Assembly (NCBI RefSeq): GCF_001194135.2
Contig: NC_068993.1
Location: 25,707,297 to 25,748,278 of the forward strand
Direction: 5' to 3'
Origin: Octopus bimaculoides
Taxonomy: Eukaryota
Length of the DNA stretch: 40,982 nucleotides
Part shown: piece by piece, positions 38,480-40,982 of the stretch
Layout: each line of letters begins with the position of its first letter
How positions within the stretch are numbered: position 1 is the first letter of the stretch
Notes under the pieces: generated by a model
The model's input: the letters and a program-made list of their open reading frames with translations, nothing else
Database searches by the model: none
Told to the model about the DNA's origin: nothing
Made by a program: the position numbers and the translations under genes

Positions 38480-38650
38480 ACATAATGGGCTTCCACACAG
38501 TTTTCATTTCATCCTGTTATATTTCACTCATAAACCATTAGTCAGCCTGAAGCTATAGTAGAAGACACTTGACCAATTTGCCATAAAAGGGAATGGAAAT
38601 TTAAAGCTTATAGTTATGAGGTGAACTTCTTAACCATCCAACCATTCCAG
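38480..38650 (-). mobile_element. SINE-A 5' half, reverse orientation
   Basis: gggcttccacacagttttc...gctatagtagaagacacttg...cttcttaaccatcc is the reverse complement of the SINE-A head. A degenerate plus-strand head follows at about 38810-38930. Confidence 0.7.
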
Positions 38651-39769
38651 CATCTATAATATGTGGATGGATGTATAGTACATGCATAATGTATATATAT
38701 AGGAATGCATAATGTATATATATAAGAATGTGTGTACCAGGGTGAATATGTTTATGTATAAGTGCATATATGAAAGTGGATATGCACACAAGCAGCCTTA
38801 TACATGACTGTCAAGTGGTTAAGAAGTTTGCTTTGCAATGACAAGGTGTTGGGTTCACTACCAAGTGTTTTCTGACAGACTTGGGTTTACTTAAACTTTG
38901 TGACTTAAGATAGGTAGGAAAACTTTTGAAGCACATCAAATGGACAGCAACAATCATTCAAGGTCAAGCGTGATTATACTCTGTCATACAAATTCTACCT
39001 GTTTATATTAACAGTATAAGTCTATATGGAATACATAAAGTTATTAGCATTAGCAATCAGATACCATCACTTCAGATACTTGGCTGGGCAAAACATTCCA
39101 TTGATATTAAAACTGACAACATCCTAACTCCAACTGGAAAGTTCCACAGAAACAGTATTATTGACAAGCTTTTTCATAAATGTAATATTTAAAGAAGAGG
39201 TCAGACATTCTTTGTTGTTGATGATAATGTTTAGCTTAGGTCATTCTCATTGATCAAAAGCATGCAAGCCATGATTCTCTTGTCTTTTTGTACGTCACAC
39301 ATTTCCTATATTTAAGATATCTAGAGTGGGATTTGAGTGGAATTTGCTGTTATTTCTGGTAAATGTATAGAGGCTCTTTTGTTAGTTTGAACTTGTATCA
39401 GGTATCATACAGACAACACCTGATAAATACATCAATCAAGATGGAATCAATGATTTCTTCATTGACATGAAATCTGCTAGAAATAACAAGTAAATCTCCC
39501 TAAATCACTCTGTCCTTCATAATGTTCCATACAGTTTCATACATCTACTTCACTACTAAAAAAAATTCTTAGAAACTTGAAAATAACACCAATACTGATA
39601 GCACATACAACCTCTCTTGAACTAAAGATTATTACTGCATAACATGTTTTGAAGGTTATACTTCTGTAATGCAAGAACAACAAGATAACTGTTGAAGAAA
39701 ATAAATGAAGCTCAGAATCTTCAAATTGTAAGAAGAGTTTTTGTAGTTGCTTGAAGCATTGTGATACAG

Positions 39770-40045
39770 GAGCAAAATAATATATAGTGAAGATGGAAAG
39801 CTTTTAACAAAGTGAACCAGGAAAGTTAAGTAACTGTTATATATTTCAAGCACAACTGCACATTATCTGAAGTAAGTGTCTCAGAAATGGAAGTTTACAC
39901 AGATCCTGCCTTGTCGATTACCATACAGGCAGTTCACTTCCCTTCTGATGATGGTCCTTTGTGCTTGAAATGTATAAAAGTTACTTAACTTTCCATTTTT
40001 ACATTGTTAGAAACTCTCCCTCATTATTTGTTATTTTACATCCAA
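39770..40045. repeat. Foldback/MITE-like inverted repeat
   Basis: Core 39820-39855 and 39959-39994 are complementary at 34 of 36 positions. Weaker complementarity extends about 50 bp outward. Spacer is 103 nt. Confidence 0.8.
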
Positions 40046-40639
40046 AATGTAGCTGAAAATGTTTTGAGACACCTGCTGCTTATTTATGACCAGCAGGTGC
40101 CCTAATATATCCTCAAGGTATTGCTTCCTATTACGCATGTCTTTTGCTCAAACAATATACATTGCCATCTATCAAAAATAACTAATGTTGGCTGATATGT
40201 TTAACCACAGGCCATATCAGCAGAGCATTTCCGAGAAATATTTATAGCATAAACAATTGTTTTGGATTACATCATTTGGGTTATGTCTTTCTGAAACTTT
40301 CAATTTCCTCTTGACAGAGTAATTTCTCCATAGTTAAAGTCACTAATGTGTCTAATCGAAAGGTTAGAGTTTCTTCCTTTTCAGGGTTAAGTTATTTTCG
40401 GAGTATTTTACTGTTATGCATTATTTTGGGTATTTATACCCCCAAAACTCCTTATATTTCAAGAACCAGTTGTCCAATTTACAAGAAACTTGTTTTATTC
40501 TGTTTGTATTCACATTTCAGGGGAACCTTAATTCATAGTATTTCTAATTATACACCAGTTTGGTTGTGTAACATTGCAAGCAAGCAAGCAAGGCTGAAGT
40601 TAATTTTTAATATATTATATATATACTTCTAATATTCTT

Positions 40640-40895
40640 TTATTCTTTTATCTGTTTCAGTCATTTGACTGTGGCCATGCTGGAACACCACCTTTAGTTG
40701 AACAAATCGACACCAGGACTTATTCTTTGTAAGACTAGTACTTATTCTATCAGTCTTTTTTTTACCAAACCACTAAGTTATGGGGACATGAACACACAAA
40801 CAGACACACAAACAGACACACAGACACACACACACACACACACATATATAAACGACAGGCTTCTTTCAGTTTCTGTCTACCAAATCCACTCACAG
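40640..40895 (-). mobile_element. SINE-A copy, reverse orientation
   Basis: tttcagtcatttgactgtggccatgctggaacaccacc...gacttattctttgtaagactagtacttattctatc...gacaggcttctttcagtttctgtctaccaaatccactcac. Confidence 0.85.
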
Positions 40896-40949
40896 TGGCC
40901 AGCACATGCAAAATATCTTTTAAGGCGAAAATTTTTATAATTATTTATA

Positions 40950-40982
<33 letters not shown>

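Noticed and set aside
39923-39964. 42-nt phase 1-1 mini-exon candidate (tttcaag|CACAAAGG...TATG|gtaatc, AQRTIIRREVNCLY)
   Set aside because: The acceptor lies within the arm of the foldback element, so it is probably repeat-derived chance.

Overview
This is AT-rich, microsatellite-dense, repeat-saturated animal DNA from a gapped draft assembly (8 N-gaps). The SINE, RTE and MITE families resemble those of Octopus; that assignment is inference from recalled repeat families. The window lies mostly within introns of one minus-strand gene for an extracellular protein with calcium-binding-type EGF repeats. Three clear phase-1/phase-1 cbEGF exons (35354-35485, 13049-13177, 7412-7531) and one probable cysteine-free phase-1/phase-1 linker exon (12261-12377) splice in frame. 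The gene cannot be named from this fragment. Almost every entry in the supplied ORF track is a microsatellite, N-run or repeat artefact. The introns hold a layered set of decayed transposons: a near full-length mariner nested inside an RTE LINE, a Tx1/L1-type LINE broken by an internal inversion with a 112-bp inverted duplication at the breakpoints, hAT, pogo-like and piggyBac-like MITEs, many SINEs (one nested with a TSD) and several foldback elements. I cannot establish a new biological system from sequence alone. The best leads are a non-canonical GSAYC EGF variant present twice, a basic-site-flanked linker cassette exon, a 30-bp-stem hairpin of pre-miRNA size, the staggered-break inversion, and many dsRNA-forming structures in the pre-mRNA. 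All protein-family motif comparisons were made by eye against remembered consensus sequences, not by database search.
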